In this document: piece by piece, positions 1 to 11,017 of the stretch
How positions within the stretch are numbered: position 1 is the stretch's first letter
How the letters are laid out: every line of letters starts with the position of its first letter
Assembly (NCBI RefSeq): GCF_006345805.1
Contig: NW_021825242.1
Coordinates: 1 to 16,154 of the forward strand
DNA length: 16,154 nt
From: Octopus sinensis
Lineage: Eukaryota
Direction of reading: 5' to 3'
Program-made: the position numbers and the translations under genes
Notes under the pieces: generated by a model
What the model saw: only the letters and a program-made list of their open reading frames with translations
Databases searched by the model: none
Told to the model about the DNA's origin: nothing

Positions 1-75
1 TGGCCTAGGTGCCGTGCCCTAGGAGTGAAACCGAAACCACGCGGTTGCTAAACGCGCTTCTTTAATTACTCAGTT
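1..75 (-). mobile_element. 5' tRNA-like head of a second SINE family (truncated by window edge)
   Basis: Minus strand reads AACTGAGTAATTAAAGAAGCGCGTTTAGCAACCGCGTGGTTTCGGTTTCACTCCTAGGGCACGGCACCTAGGCCA, with a degenerate B-box (GGTTTCACTCC). It resembles, from memory, the head of an abundant octopus SINE; not verified by search. Confidence 0.55.
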
Positions 76-282
76 ATGTCATGACTAATATATATTTACC
101 TCATCGAGCTCAAGGGGATTAAGGGGATTAACAACAACGTCATGTCGTTTGTAAGCTTAAACTCTAAACACAAATAAACCAAACGAAATATATCGTCCGT
201 CGCCATTTTGTCACTTGGCCGTTTCTCAATAATTCTTAGAACAAGTCATGTATTTGGATTGGAGATGCAGAGAGGAGGAACC

Positions 283-350
283 GATCATATCGATTGTAGT
301 ATTTGATCGGTTCTTACTTCATCGATGTCGGTCAAAGGGCGAAAAGTCAG
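283..350 (-). mobile_element. highly degraded fragment of the main SINE family (central domain)
   Basis: GATCATATCGATTGTAGT...TTCTTACTTCATCGAT aligns loosely to GATTACATCGACCCCAGT...GGTACTTAATTTATCGAC of the intact copies at 11.5-15.6 kb. Confidence 0.4.
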
Positions 351-585
351 AATATGAAGGAATGCATTTAAATGCGACAAGGTATTTATTCAATGACAAT
401 TATTTCTAAGTACAAAGCAAAATATTTTAGGGATCATTTATAATTGATGATAAGGATCCCAGTAATGACTGATAGTTTATTTTAACGATCTCCGTTAAAA
501 AACAGGTCTCACCACGGAGCTATCAGACAGCAATAATAAGGATACTGATTTGAGTGAGGGCACATGCTATGTATATTAATCTTAG

Positions 586-656
586 GATTTAAGTAGGTAC
601 AAGTCGTCCACAGAACAGGAATCCGAGGAAATAAGTCAGTCTCGCCAGGATTTGCA
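586..656 (+). CDS. possible 71-nt internal coding exon of an unknown gene (DLSRYKSSTEQESEEISQSRQDL)
   Basis: Acceptor-like TTAATCTTAG at 576-585, strong donor CA|GTAAGT at 657-662, open frame, purine-rich non-repetitive sequence. No recognisable homology; could be chance. Confidence 0.25.
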
Positions 657-984
657 GTAAGTCTATGAAAATAATGTAATTAAACAAATGGTCCACTCTT
701 CTGCCCACTGTAACAGTATTTAGCCTATGATTCTACGCAGTGGCAGAATTTAGACCATAATTTTTACTTAATTGCTGGGTATTTAGTACAATTCTTCAGC
801 GATTCTGCATATCCAAGCAACAAAAGGTTTACAGGCGCATGTCTTTGAAACATGCTTGACGAATTGTATGCGAATGAATAGTATTCGGTTGGGGATGGCA
901 GAAGACCTAGTTGGCAGGAATCCGACAAAAGACGAAAAGTAATCGGAAAATATAAGTATAAAAACAAATTCTTCACAAGTCTGC

Positions 985-1126
985 GTGTGTGTGCGTGTGT
1001 GTTATATTGTGTGTGTTGTGTGTGAGTGTACGTATGTATGCGTGTGTGTGTGTTGTCTATGCGTGTGTATGTGTATATGTGCGTGTATGTGTGTGCAAAT
1101 GTACATTAGTAGAAATATACACGTGG

Positions 1127-1157
<31 letters not shown>

Positions 1158-1284
1158 CGAGTGTGTGGTTGTGTGTGTGTGTGTATATGTGCATGGATTG
1201 TTCGCGAGTATGTGTAAATAGGCATGAGTATGTGTGTGTGTGTGTATTGATGAGAAAGAGAGAGTGAGAGAGAAAGAGAGAGAG

Positions 1285-1329
<45 letters not shown>

Positions 1330-1445
1330 GGAGAGAAAGCCTAAAGACGCCTGGAATTGTCTGTAAATTTGGCACATTTCTATGTGTGTGCATAAATATG
1401 TATGTATATATGTATGTATGTATGTATGTATATGTCTGGGCATAC

Positions 1446-1481
<36 letters not shown>

Positions 1482-1510
1482 ATTTATGTATGTAACTAAG
1501 CGTGTATATA
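985..1510. repeat. compound microsatellite: (GT)n/(TA)n, (GA)n at about 1252-1337, (TATG)n
   Basis: Directly visible low-complexity tracts. Confidence 0.95.
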
Positions 1511-1625
1511 TCTGTCTGTCTGTCTCATTCTTTTATGTTTGTAACTTTGCGAGTTAAGATATGAGAGTGAAACACGGTATGCGCATGCGCGAGCATCTGT
1601 ATTTGTGTCTGTGAGATCAGGTGGT

Positions 1626-1749
1626 GTGTGTGTGTGAATGTGTGTAATTCTGTGCCTATGCGTGCGTATGTGCGAGTGTGTGTGCGTGTGTGTGTGAATG
1701 TTTGTAATTCTGTGCCTATGCGTGCGTATGTGCGAGTGTGTGTGCGTGT
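1626..1749. repeat. 60-bp tandem duplication (about 2 copies)
   Basis: 1626-1689 matches 1686-1749 with one mismatch (GTGTGTGAATGT(G/T)TGTAATTCTGTGCCTATGCGTGCGTATGTGCGAG...). Confidence 0.95.
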
Positions 1750-1763
1750 TGTGTTGTGTGTGT

Positions 1764-1820
<57 letters not shown>

Positions 1821-2720
1821 TTTAATGTATTTGTGAGCGAATATTTGTAGCTACTATCTTATAAGTTGGCAAGTGGCTGGGTTTGCGTGTATGTATGTAT
1901 GTATGTATGTGTGTATGTATGTGTGTGTGTATGTATGTGTGTATGTATGTGTGTATGTATGTATGTATGTATGTATGTATGCATATATGTGTGTATGTAT
2001 GTATGTATGTATGTATGTATGTATGTATGTATGTGTGTATGTATGTATGTATGTGTGTATGTATGTGTGTATGTATGTATGTCTATGTATGTATGTATGT
2101 GTGTATGTATGTATGTGTGTATGTATGTATGTATGTATGTATATGTGTGTGCGTTTATAATAGAACTTACCATTCTGTATGTAAATTGGCAAGTGTCTGC
2201 GGTTGCGTGTGCGTATGTGTAAATGGAGGCACGTGTATGTATGTGTGTGTGTGTTTATGCGTGTATCTGCTCATGTGTCTATGTGTGAGCATAATTTATG
2301 TTGAGGTATGTAACTGTGTGTGTGTATGGATATTTCTTTGCGTGTGTATGCGTATGTGTATCTGTGTGTGTGTGTGTATGTGTGTTTGTGTGTTCTTGTC
2401 TGGGTGCCTGCGTACCTGTGCAATACGTGTATATGTGTACGTGCAAGTGGTTGTATGCTTATATCGATTGTATGTGTATGTCTGTGTGTGTGAGCGTATA
2501 AATACCTGTAGAATGTGTGTATGTGTAAACGCAAGTATGTATGTGTGTGCGCGTGTGTGTGTGTCTTCTGTGTGCGCGTGGATGCGTGTATGGCGTGTGT
2601 GTGTGTGTGTGTGTGTGTATGTTAGCGATGGGTGTGAATATGTGTGTCAGTCTGCAACTGTCTGCGTGTGTGTATGCGAGTGAATGTGTGTGTGTGTTTG
2701 TTGTCTGTTAGTGTCTGTCT
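1750..2720. repeat. (GT)n, long (TATG/TGTG)n at about 1889-2150, and degenerate GT-rich sequence
   Basis: Directly visible tracts. Confidence 0.95.
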
Positions 2721-3249
2721 GTTCAGTGGATAGCGTGGTGGCGGCGGTGGTTGTGGCGGAGCCGTTGCAAGAAAAAGCGAGAGAAATTGCCGGTTTAATA
2801 GTGACAAGTCTACCGCCCAGCAATCTAGAGGCATAATTTTTTTTTACCACGGGCAAATATATGTGTATATATACAATTTGCCTGTGACGGGCAAATATAT
2901 ATATATATATATACATATATAAATATACAGAACTTTATATACATTTACATATGTATGCTGTTTTACACACATGTATATATACATAGATAAATATATGTGT
3001 GTGTATATATGTATATGTATATAAAAAATAACATGTCCCAGTCACTACAGCCGTCTGCCTTACTGCCTCTCCGGACTTTCCCGCTGCCACCATTATTTCT
3101 CTTCCTTTCGTTCCCGCCATCTCTGGCATTCATATTGGATTTCTACATACATACCACCAGCGATGATGATGAGCCGGCGATCAAAACGTTAAACCGAAGA
3201 TTATAGTACGATTATCGTAGCGATTATCTGGGCGCAGTACTGTCACTGT

Positions 3250-3790
3250 TACACACACACACAGAGGCACTGAGGGACACAAGAAATAGAACAGAAACAA
3301 TCACATGGATACATAACATATATACTCTATCCTAGATATATATACAGGCACCCCTCAGCCTATCCCTTTCACTCACGGACACACGTTCGTATATAGACTC
3401 ACAAGTATATAATTTATACACATTCACACACACACAGACTCTCTACCCCTCTCTCTTACTTTTACTGAAACACACGCACTAAAACACACATACATATTTA
3501 CATATATATATATATATATATAAACATATCTATTATACATTACCCTGAAGGTATAGACTTAGACATATATCCACATATATATAGATAGATAGATACAGTT
3601 CCTTGTAAACAATTTATTTACTAACACACATATTTATATATACACACTCACACAAGCTCATATATACATACATATCCATCCATTCACCCATCCATCTATC
3701 CACTTATCCATCCATTCAGCCATCAATACATACATACATACATACATACATACATACACACGTACAAGCACACAAATAGACATATCTATA
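3250..3790. repeat. degenerate (CA)/(TA), (CCAT)n and (ATAC)n microsatellites
   Basis: Directly visible, e.g. (ATAC)n at about 3727-3757. Confidence 0.85.
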
Positions 3791-4189
3791 GAAATATACA
3801 ATATATGAACTATAATTCTCACATTCCCAATACATAAAGCAAAAAAAAAAAAAAATATCGAAAAGCAATTAAATTTTGTTTTTTAATTAAATTAAATTAA
3901 AAAAACAAAACAGGACAACGAAGAGAAAAACGAGAAGATATCGAGAAAGAAATCTAGAAAAAATATAATTATAAAAAAAAAGACAAAAAACTCTAAAGAA
4001 ACAAATATTTAGTAAAACCAGCTTTTCTTCGTCTGTTTCGGACTGGTTTTTTCTTTTTCACATCCTTGACCACCAAAGTCTCCTGAAAGGTACATTATTC
4101 TTAATTATTTTCTTGCTGATTTTGGTCTCCGTCAGTTCCCGTTGTTTTGTATTTATCGTTATTTGTCATGGTCTAGCGAAACTGGACAG

Positions 4190-4335
4190 TGACAATCTAG
4201 ACGTGACCGTCCAGTCTGTTTTTTTGTTGTTGTTGTTGATGTTTTATCTTGACTACATTATCCAATGTGTTCTTTCCATTTTAAGACAATAGGGAGGCGA
4301 TGTGAGACAGATATCGGCTGCTATTTTTAGTGGGT
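4190..4335. mobile_element. fragment of an interspersed repeat ending in a CTGCTA-TTTY-TAGCAG-like motif
   Basis: The motif recurs at 4628, 8122 and 9442, with related upstream sequence at least at 4607-4627 (GTGATTT..GGGA). Class unassigned; resembles a common octopus repeat from memory. Confidence 0.5.
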
Positions 4336-4829
4336 GTAACACCTGTGAACAGGTATCCTAATTAACTGGTGGTGGTTGTCGTTTCTGTTCTTGTCGTCGT
4401 GGCAGTGGTGATATTAAAGGCGGTGATGGAGGTGTTATTTCTAGCGGTAGCAATGGCGTCCTTCTGTAACCCTGAGTCAGTCATAATTAAGAACATCTAT
4501 GATCAAAGACAATCCGGCTGTGACCGCCCTATCCTGTTTTCATAAACCTGTAACAGAAATTTACATTATCTAAATTATGTCCCCTTTTTTTTCTTTCGAC
4601 GTTAGCATGTGATTTAAGGGAAACAGACTGCTTTTTCTAGCAGGAAGGGTGACTGCTTCGAGAATTGATGTAAGCAGTGGTATTTTTTGTGCAAATGATT
4701 GTTGCTGCTATTATTGCTATTGGTAATGGTGGTCGTATTTTTGATATCGTCTAATCCCTGCTGTTATCATTATTATTATCCTCATCATCCTCCTCATCAT
4801 CATTATTATTATTATTATTATTATTATTA

Positions 4830-5034
4830 AGGCGGGGGGTTGACAGAATCGTTAGCACACCGGATTAAATGCTCAGCGGGACCTCGTTCGACTCTGCGTC
4901 CTGAATTTAAATTCTGCCGGGGTGGACTTCACCTTTCTTCGTTTCGGGGGTCGATGAAATAATGACCAGTAAAGTACTGGGGTCGATATAATCGACTAAT
5001 CCTCTACAACAAAATTTCAGACCTTGAAGAAAGG
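4830..5034 (+). mobile_element. tRNA-derived SINE, short-tail form, diverged
   Basis: AGGCGG..GACAGAATCGTTAGCAC head, degenerate B-box (GAATTTAAATTC), GGGGTCGAT central repeats, 3' GAAAGG; flanked by (ATT)n. Confidence 0.9.
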
Positions 5035-5069
5035 TTTATCATAATTATAATTATTATTATTATTATTAC

Positions 5070-5103
<34 letters not shown>

Positions 5104-5104
5104 T

Positions 5105-5285
5105 AAGCGGCGAACAGGCAGAATCGTTTGCATGTCATGCAAAATGCTTAGCGGTATTTCGTTCGTCTTTCAAATTCCGATGAGGTCGACTTTGCCTTTC
5201 ATCTCTCGGGATCGATAAAATAAGTACAGGAGTCGATGTAAGCGACTTATCCGAAACTGCTTGCCTTGTGCCAAATTTTGAAACC
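5105..5285 (+). mobile_element. tRNA-derived SINE, TTTTGAAACC-tail variant
   Basis: Head GCGGCGAACAGGCAGAATCG, GTCGACTTTGCCTTTCATC core, 3' CCTTGTGCCAAATTTTGAAACC followed by (ATA)n. Confidence 0.9.
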
Positions 5286-5294
5286 ATAATAATA

Positions 5295-5353
<59 letters not shown>

Positions 5354-5354
5354 C

Positions 5355-5568
5355 AAAGCGGAGAGCTGGCAGAATCGTTAGCACGCCGGACAAAATGCTT
5401 AGCAGTATTTCATCCGTCTTCACGCATTGAGTTCAAATTCCGTCGAGGCTGACTTTGCCTTTCATCCTTTCGAGTTTGATAAATTAACTACGAGTGAAAC
5501 ACTGGGGTCGATATAATCGACTAGTCCCTCTCCCCCAAATATTAGGCTTTGTGCCTTTAGTAGAAAGG
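5355..5568 (+). mobile_element. tRNA-derived SINE, short-tail form, near full length
   Basis: A-box-like TGGCAGAATCG, B-box GAGTTCAAATTCC, core, tail GTGCCTTTAGTAGAAAGG. Confidence 0.92.
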
Positions 5569-5609
5569 TTTATCATCATCATCATTATTATTATTATTAT
5601 TATTATTAT

Positions 5610-5644
<35 letters not shown>

Positions 5645-5769
5645 TATTTTTTTTTTACGGAAGTATACTTTTATAAAAGCTACCCAATATAATCGCAGTT
5701 TATTACCGGTACTAGAAGCATGCATAGCCCCAGCAAAAAGAAATGATATTGAGATAACTCAATAATATA

Positions 5770-5985
5770 TGAAGGTGTACTAAAAAGTTCCGGGTTTTGG
5801 TTAAAAGAAAATACAGGAGGGTCAGTTAATTATGAGTATAATCCCCATATTCCTCTCTCAGATTCACACAATTATTGGATCAATCCTTCAGTTTTTGTAA
5901 GCCCTGTAAAAGAACTTGGAAGATTGGGCCTCCAGCCAGGCTTCTCGCGACACCCTTAAAGCCAGGGGCTTTTCTGCACTCCTTG
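5770..5985 (-). mobile_element. mariner-derived MITE (216 bp) with transposase C-terminal relic
   Basis: TA dinucleotides at 5768-5769 and 5986-5987. Degenerate TIRs (TGAAGGTGTACTAAAAAGTTCCGGGTTT versus rc CAAGGAGTGCAGAAAAGCCCCTGGCTTT). Minus strand reads LQGLQKLKD*SNNCVNLREEYGD, matching the mariner transposase end pattern G(I/L)xxLxxRWxKC(I/V)xxxGxY(V/F)E. Confidence 0.8.
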
Positions 5986-6869
5986 TATAATCTAACAGTT
6001 GCAATAGGCTAAATTTATTTTTTTCCCGGTGAAATAAGAATTTAATTGATCAAAATCGAAGGGCATCGATGGCCAAAAGAATAAGGTACAAACATTTAGA
6101 ATATTCCTGTATGACCGTGGACGTTACGTTATACCTATAATCAAGAATGCACTTCACACTATAAGCGACAACGGGAGTACAATAAATATGACGGTTGTCA
6201 CGTTAGATCAACAGAGTGAAGAGTGATCCGCAATAAAGAATCATCCTAAATAGATTAAAACATGTTACTCACTGCAGATAGGGCTCGTATGAGTTTGAAA
6301 AACTTTAAAGTACGGAGGTTAGTATTGAACTTACGACAACGGTGTCCAGAATAACGAGACAACATTCATTCCATCGCACTTACTGACTAAATACTCTGCC
6401 TGTAGTTGATCCTACTGCTATATTATTGTTGTGCTGGTGGCGGTTGGTGGTTATAGTTCCTGCTGTAAGGCCGATGGTGGTGGAATGCACCGGTGGAGGA
6501 ATAAAACTTTAATAACAACCAGCAAAAAGGCGAGATAGTAGTCGACCATCCAGTCTCGATAACTTCCGGTTGAAGCAAAATCATTTCCTTTCGGTCGCTT
6601 ATGCCCTTACAAAAAAAAAAAAAAATGGCTGTAAGCATTCCGTCATATCGTTGCTATAAATTATCCGGGATAGCTTGGCCTTGAAGCCCGAGTAAGAAAT
6701 AGTCATCACCACTCTCATCATCATCATGATTATCATAATCATCACCACCGCCGCCATCATCATCACTGTTGTTGCTGTTGACGTGGAAATGGTAAATTCA
6801 AACGAATCCGTTCTGCTTCTAACTTGAAGTTATTTTTGTTTCACTTAGCCTGCCAGGGAAGCACGGGTG

Positions 6870-6872
6870 ATG

Positions 6873-6903
<31 letters not shown>

Positions 6904-6942
6904 TATTTTGACTTATATATATTATATTACAGTTATGTTTGC

Positions 6943-6973
<31 letters not shown>

Positions 6974-7220
6974 ATATGCACACACACACATATTATATAT
7001 ACATATATATATATGTATATATTATATATATATATATATATGAATATTTTGATTTATATATTATATATACAGTTATGTTTGCACACGCACACACACACAC
7101 ACATATATAATATATTGTATATATATATATATATATACATTTATATACATACACATTATTATAATATATATACACACACAGCTATTTTTGCATACACACA
7201 CACATATATATATATACATA
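6870..7220. repeat. TA/CA microsatellite with a ~141-bp internal duplication
   Basis: GAATATTTTGA(C/T)TTATATAT...ACAGTTATGTTTGCA starts at 6901 and 7042; partial third copy ACAGCTATTTTTGCA at about 7178. Confidence 0.9.
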
Positions 7221-7262
7221 ACGATAGGAGAGACCACTATGTGGATCCCTTGTATGCTAAAA

Positions 7263-7361
7263 ATAGATGTTAAATGTGCTGGCCACTGGTTGAAATTGAT
7301 ATTATTTAATATTAATTTCTAACTTATCTCTCTATCTATCTATCTATCGATATATATATAT

Positions 7362-7415
<54 letters not shown>

Positions 7416-7498
7416 CGATAGATAGATAGATAGAGAGATAAGATTAGAAATTAATATTAAATAATATCAATTTCAACCAGTGGCCTGCACATTTAACA

Positions 7499-7503
<5 letters not shown>
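7263..7503. repeat. long inverted repeat (about 90-bp arms) centred on (TA)n
   Basis: 7263-~7354 is the reverse complement of ~7411-7503 with one mismatch and one 1-nt indel. Confidence 0.97.
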
Positions 7504-7545
<42 letters not shown>

Positions 7546-7772
7546 CATATATATAGTATTAGATAGTTTAAGTATATATTAATTAAATTTGGCTGAAATT
7601 GATGGGTGAACGTGAGCCAATTTGATGCGCAAGGAGCCATGTTAGCGTCGATTTGTGGGTTCGAGTCTGGCTGGGTTAGCACATTATTATCAGTCATTTG
7701 TTTCTATTTCAAAATTGTCGCTTCAAAGTTGAGAATAAAATATCATTATGATATATTATCATACAGCTATAT

Positions 7773-7845
<73 letters not shown>

Positions 7846-8394
7846 TTGCATGTATAACGAAGCCGCTACTGTTCTTGTACTGATGATGATGCTATCGTGT
7901 TAATGATGGTGATGATTATAAGAGAGACAGTCGTTGTGATAATTAAGGCGAAGGTCTTAATGATTTATGATTAATGTTTTCATAGTCGTTGTTATCGTTC
8001 AGATTCAAACTGGTTCATTATCATAGACATTCCATACATAACCATCACCACCCAGTCGTTTTGTTACGAAACCAGTATCATTTTTTTTTTATGAGACGAT
8101 ATCCATATCAAAGATATTTACCTGCTATTTTTAGCAGGTTCATCGACCGCATAGAGGCTCCGACGTTGTCTAGCTCTTGCTTGTTGTAGTAATCGGTGTG
8201 GGCGGTGATGCTGGTGTTTGTGATGATGGTGAAGATGATGCTGAGAGTGGTGTTACATCAAATATACTGTTGTTGTTGTTGCTGTTGCTGTTGTTGTTGT
8301 TGTCTCAGAATCGTGATTTTAATGTTTTAATTAATTTTATATTTTTTTTTTTTGTTTCTGTTTCATAGCATTTTTGTTATGATTTTCCCGTTAC

Positions 8395-8650
8395 ATATAC
8401 ATACATATCTATATATATCTACTATATATATATATATAATATATATATATATAGGTATATATATATGTATATATATATATATAACACACATAATATATAC
8501 ATACACATACATACATACACATCATATATACATTACACATACATATACACATACATATATACATACACACACATATATATATATATATATTATATATATA
8601 TATATATACATATTTATACACACACAAACACACACACGCAGATATATTAC
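8395..8650. repeat. (TA)/(CA)/(TACA) microsatellite
   Basis: Directly visible. Confidence 0.9.
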
Positions 8651-8894
8651 ATATATTTGTTAAATACAAATATTATTATTAATTACTTGGCGTTTGTATC
8701 TTCATAAACCTCTCCAAGTTTATGTGTATGTGTATAAGTATGTATGTGTATATGATGTGCGTGTGGATATAGATTATATATATATAATATATATATATAA
8801 TATAAGGATAAGATCGTTATTTAAATACCGATCATATCAAGTGGCTACATGGGAATAAAACTTCATAGGTAATAATCATTATTTTTATAAATCA

Positions 8895-9266
8895 CTAGCA
8901 GTATCGCCTGGCGTTGCTCGGGTTTGGAAGGGAAATAACTATATAAGCATTTTTAGAGAGTTATAAGGCCAAAAATAGCAAAAAAAATGCAATTAAAATG
9001 GAAAAAAATGATGGTAATTTTTAAAAAAATCGTTGACTATCGTAGACATTTTTAGAGAGTTACTTCCCTTATATAATAGCGAAAAAATGCATTAAAATGG
9101 AAAAAATGATGGTAATTTTGTTTTAAAATCGTAGACTCATCGTAGACGCGCGCTAATACCCAGAAGGGCTCGATATGAATCACGACTATAAGATACCCGC
9201 TTTTGGTTAAACTGCACCGCAAAATGTGGGAGTAGTTGGGAATCTAAATCGTAGGATATATAAAGA
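8895..9266 (-). mobile_element. non-autonomous Helitron, copy 1 (372 bp)
   Basis: Minus strand starts A|TC (A at 9267) and ends CCCGAGCAACGCCAGG-CGATACTG-CTAG|T (T at 8894), with no TSD. Closely similar to 13705-14101 but lacks 24 bp near the 5' end. Contains an internal ~99-bp tandem repeat. Confidence 0.9.
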
Positions 9267-9288
9267 TAAATTCGTAAATTATAATAAC

Positions 9289-9388
9289 CTACTTTGCCCC
9301 TTCCCAAGTTTCAGGTTTTGAACCTACTGTAAAAATTATTATTATCAAGGTAGCGAGCTTGCAGAACCGTTAGTACGCTGGGCAAAAC
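9289..9388 (+). mobile_element. degraded SINE 3' tail (9289-9345) followed by a truncated SINE head (9347-9388)
   Basis: CCCCTTCCCAAGTTTCAGG..CCTACTGTAAAAATTATTATT, then AAGGTAGCGAGCTTGCAGAACCGTTAGTACGCTGGGCAAAA. Confidence 0.7.
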
Positions 9389-9559
9389 GGATATTCCTTA
9401 TAACAATGAATACTTGATGTGGTTTTAGAGTCAAGTTTTAACTGCTATATCTAGCACGAAGGTATCTTTTAGATAACCTTTAATTATAATATATATATAT
9501 ATGATTCCGTGAGAGTTAGAGGTTGTGAATCCAACCAAACTAAGATAGTACCTCCATTT

Positions 9560-9570
9560 TCTTTTTACCG

Positions 9571-9603
<33 letters not shown>

Positions 9604-9841
9604 CTATATATTATATATAATATATATATGCATAAGATATATACATACATACATATATTATACATAACATATATTATATGTAAATTACACATATATATAA
9701 ATGAGATATATACTACCCACCCACAAAAATATATACATGCACCACCACACGTGTATAAAGAAGTATAGAATATATATATCTATACATGATAATATATATA
9801 CATACATACATACATAAATACATACATATACATACATACAT

Positions 9842-9884
<43 letters not shown>

Positions 9885-9910
9885 CACACACACACACACA
9901 AATATATATA
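9560..9910. repeat. (TA)/(TACA)/(CA) microsatellites
   Basis: Directly visible. Confidence 0.9.
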
Positions 9911-9982
9911 CAGAAATATGCAAAGATATCCAGACATACTGACACACAGTGTAATCCGTGAAATCCGGTTATAAATCCTACC

Positions 9983-9996
9983 GTTGCTATGGAAAC
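9983..9996. promoter_or_regulatory. RFX X-box consensus match GTTGCTATGGAAAC
   Basis: Exact match to the GTHNYY-AT-RRNAAC X-box consensus, inside a ~150-bp non-repetitive island. Function not shown. Confidence 0.4.
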
Positions 9997-10096
9997 CGTT
10001 CTCATATTGCAGCGTTCTTGCGTATTTCTCTTTTCGCAAACAAGGTATCTTATAGTTGTGTGTGGTATGAGGGAGGAGAAACTAGTGCGCGCGCAC

Positions 10097-10434
10097 ATAC
10101 ACACACACATACACACACACACATATATATATTATATATATTATATATATCATATATAGATATATATATATTATATGATATATATATATACAGATATATA
10201 TATATAGATATATATTATATATACATATATATCTAGATCTTATAATATACATATTATATATATATATATATATATTAATATATATATATATATTATATCT
10301 ATATATATATATATTATATTATATATATATATATATATATTATATATTATATATATATATATTATATATATATATATATTATTATATATAATTATATTAT
10401 ATATATATATATATATATATTAGATATTATATTA

Positions 10435-10483
<49 letters not shown>

Positions 10484-10753
10484 TATATATTATAATTATA
10501 GATATATATCTATGATATATATATATTATATTATATATAATATATATTATATATATATATATAATATATTATATATATTATATATTATTATATATATATC
10601 TAATATAATATAATATTATATATATATAATATATATATATTATATATATATTATATATATATATATATAATATTATATATATATATATAGATATATATAT
10701 ATATATTTATTACATATATATATATATATTACATATATATATATGTATATATA
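10097..10753. repeat. about 650-bp almost pure (TA)n-type tract
   Basis: Directly visible; interruptions are mostly AA/TT slips and a few G/C. Confidence 0.97.
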
Positions 10754-11017
10754 GATGGCTGCAGGTGGAGGAGATAACAACGGTATGTATATATGTCGGT
10801 AAACGGTAGAGTAGATAATAAGGACAGTTGTTTAGTAGATGTAGGTAAACAGGATATCACACGGTATGTAAATAATTTTTCTAGTTAAGTAAGCAGGATA
10901 TCACATGACATGTATATTGTGTCTGTACTTGGACAAGATAAAAGAGTTGTATATAATATCAGCAGGCTAGGGAGGATATTGCACTGCGTGCTGAAGGTAG
11001 ACGATTTATCGCATGGT

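Noticed and set aside
985-2916. Many 65-266 aa ORFs rich in C/V/M/Y or H/T/Y/I
   Set aside because: Translations of (GT)n and (TATG)n microsatellites; stop-free because of repeat composition, not selection.
4503-4547. Minus-strand acceptor TTTCTGTTACAG|G followed by VYENRIGRSQPDCL*
   Set aside because: All frames close within 15 codons, and the downstream putative UTR includes repeat fragments. Such acceptor motifs are common by chance in AT-rich DNA.
5355-5450. tRNA gene
   Set aside because: A- and B-box-like motifs are present, but the segment runs directly into the SINE core and no convincing cloverleaf forms.
5135-5676. ORFs such as KDERQSRP.RNLNS (also at 11541 and 15379) and MKHWGRY.RLVP (also at 15130)
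   Set aside because: They recur because they are translations of the same SINE; not coding.
6273-6365. Minus-strand ATG...GCA|GTGAGT candidate first exon (MLSRYSGHRCRKFNTNLRTLKFFKLIRALSA), superficially S4-like
   Set aside because: Only 31 codons; the spacing of basic residues is not a true (R/K)xx repeat; no support without RNA data.
7590-7685. Pol III B-box GGGTTCGAGTC at 7657-7667, suggesting a tRNA or SINE head
   Set aside because: No consistent stems or matching family elsewhere in the window; at most a decayed retroposon head.
8122-8250. Minus-strand donor CAG|GTAAAT, or plus-strand acceptor TAGCAG|G, with a short open frame
   Set aside because: Both signals fall inside the recurrent CTGCTA-TTTY-TAGCAG repeat motif, and the frame derives from degenerate trinucleotide repeats.
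6824-10236. Y/I/H/T-rich ORFs
   Set aside because: Translations of (TA)n and (CA)n tracts.
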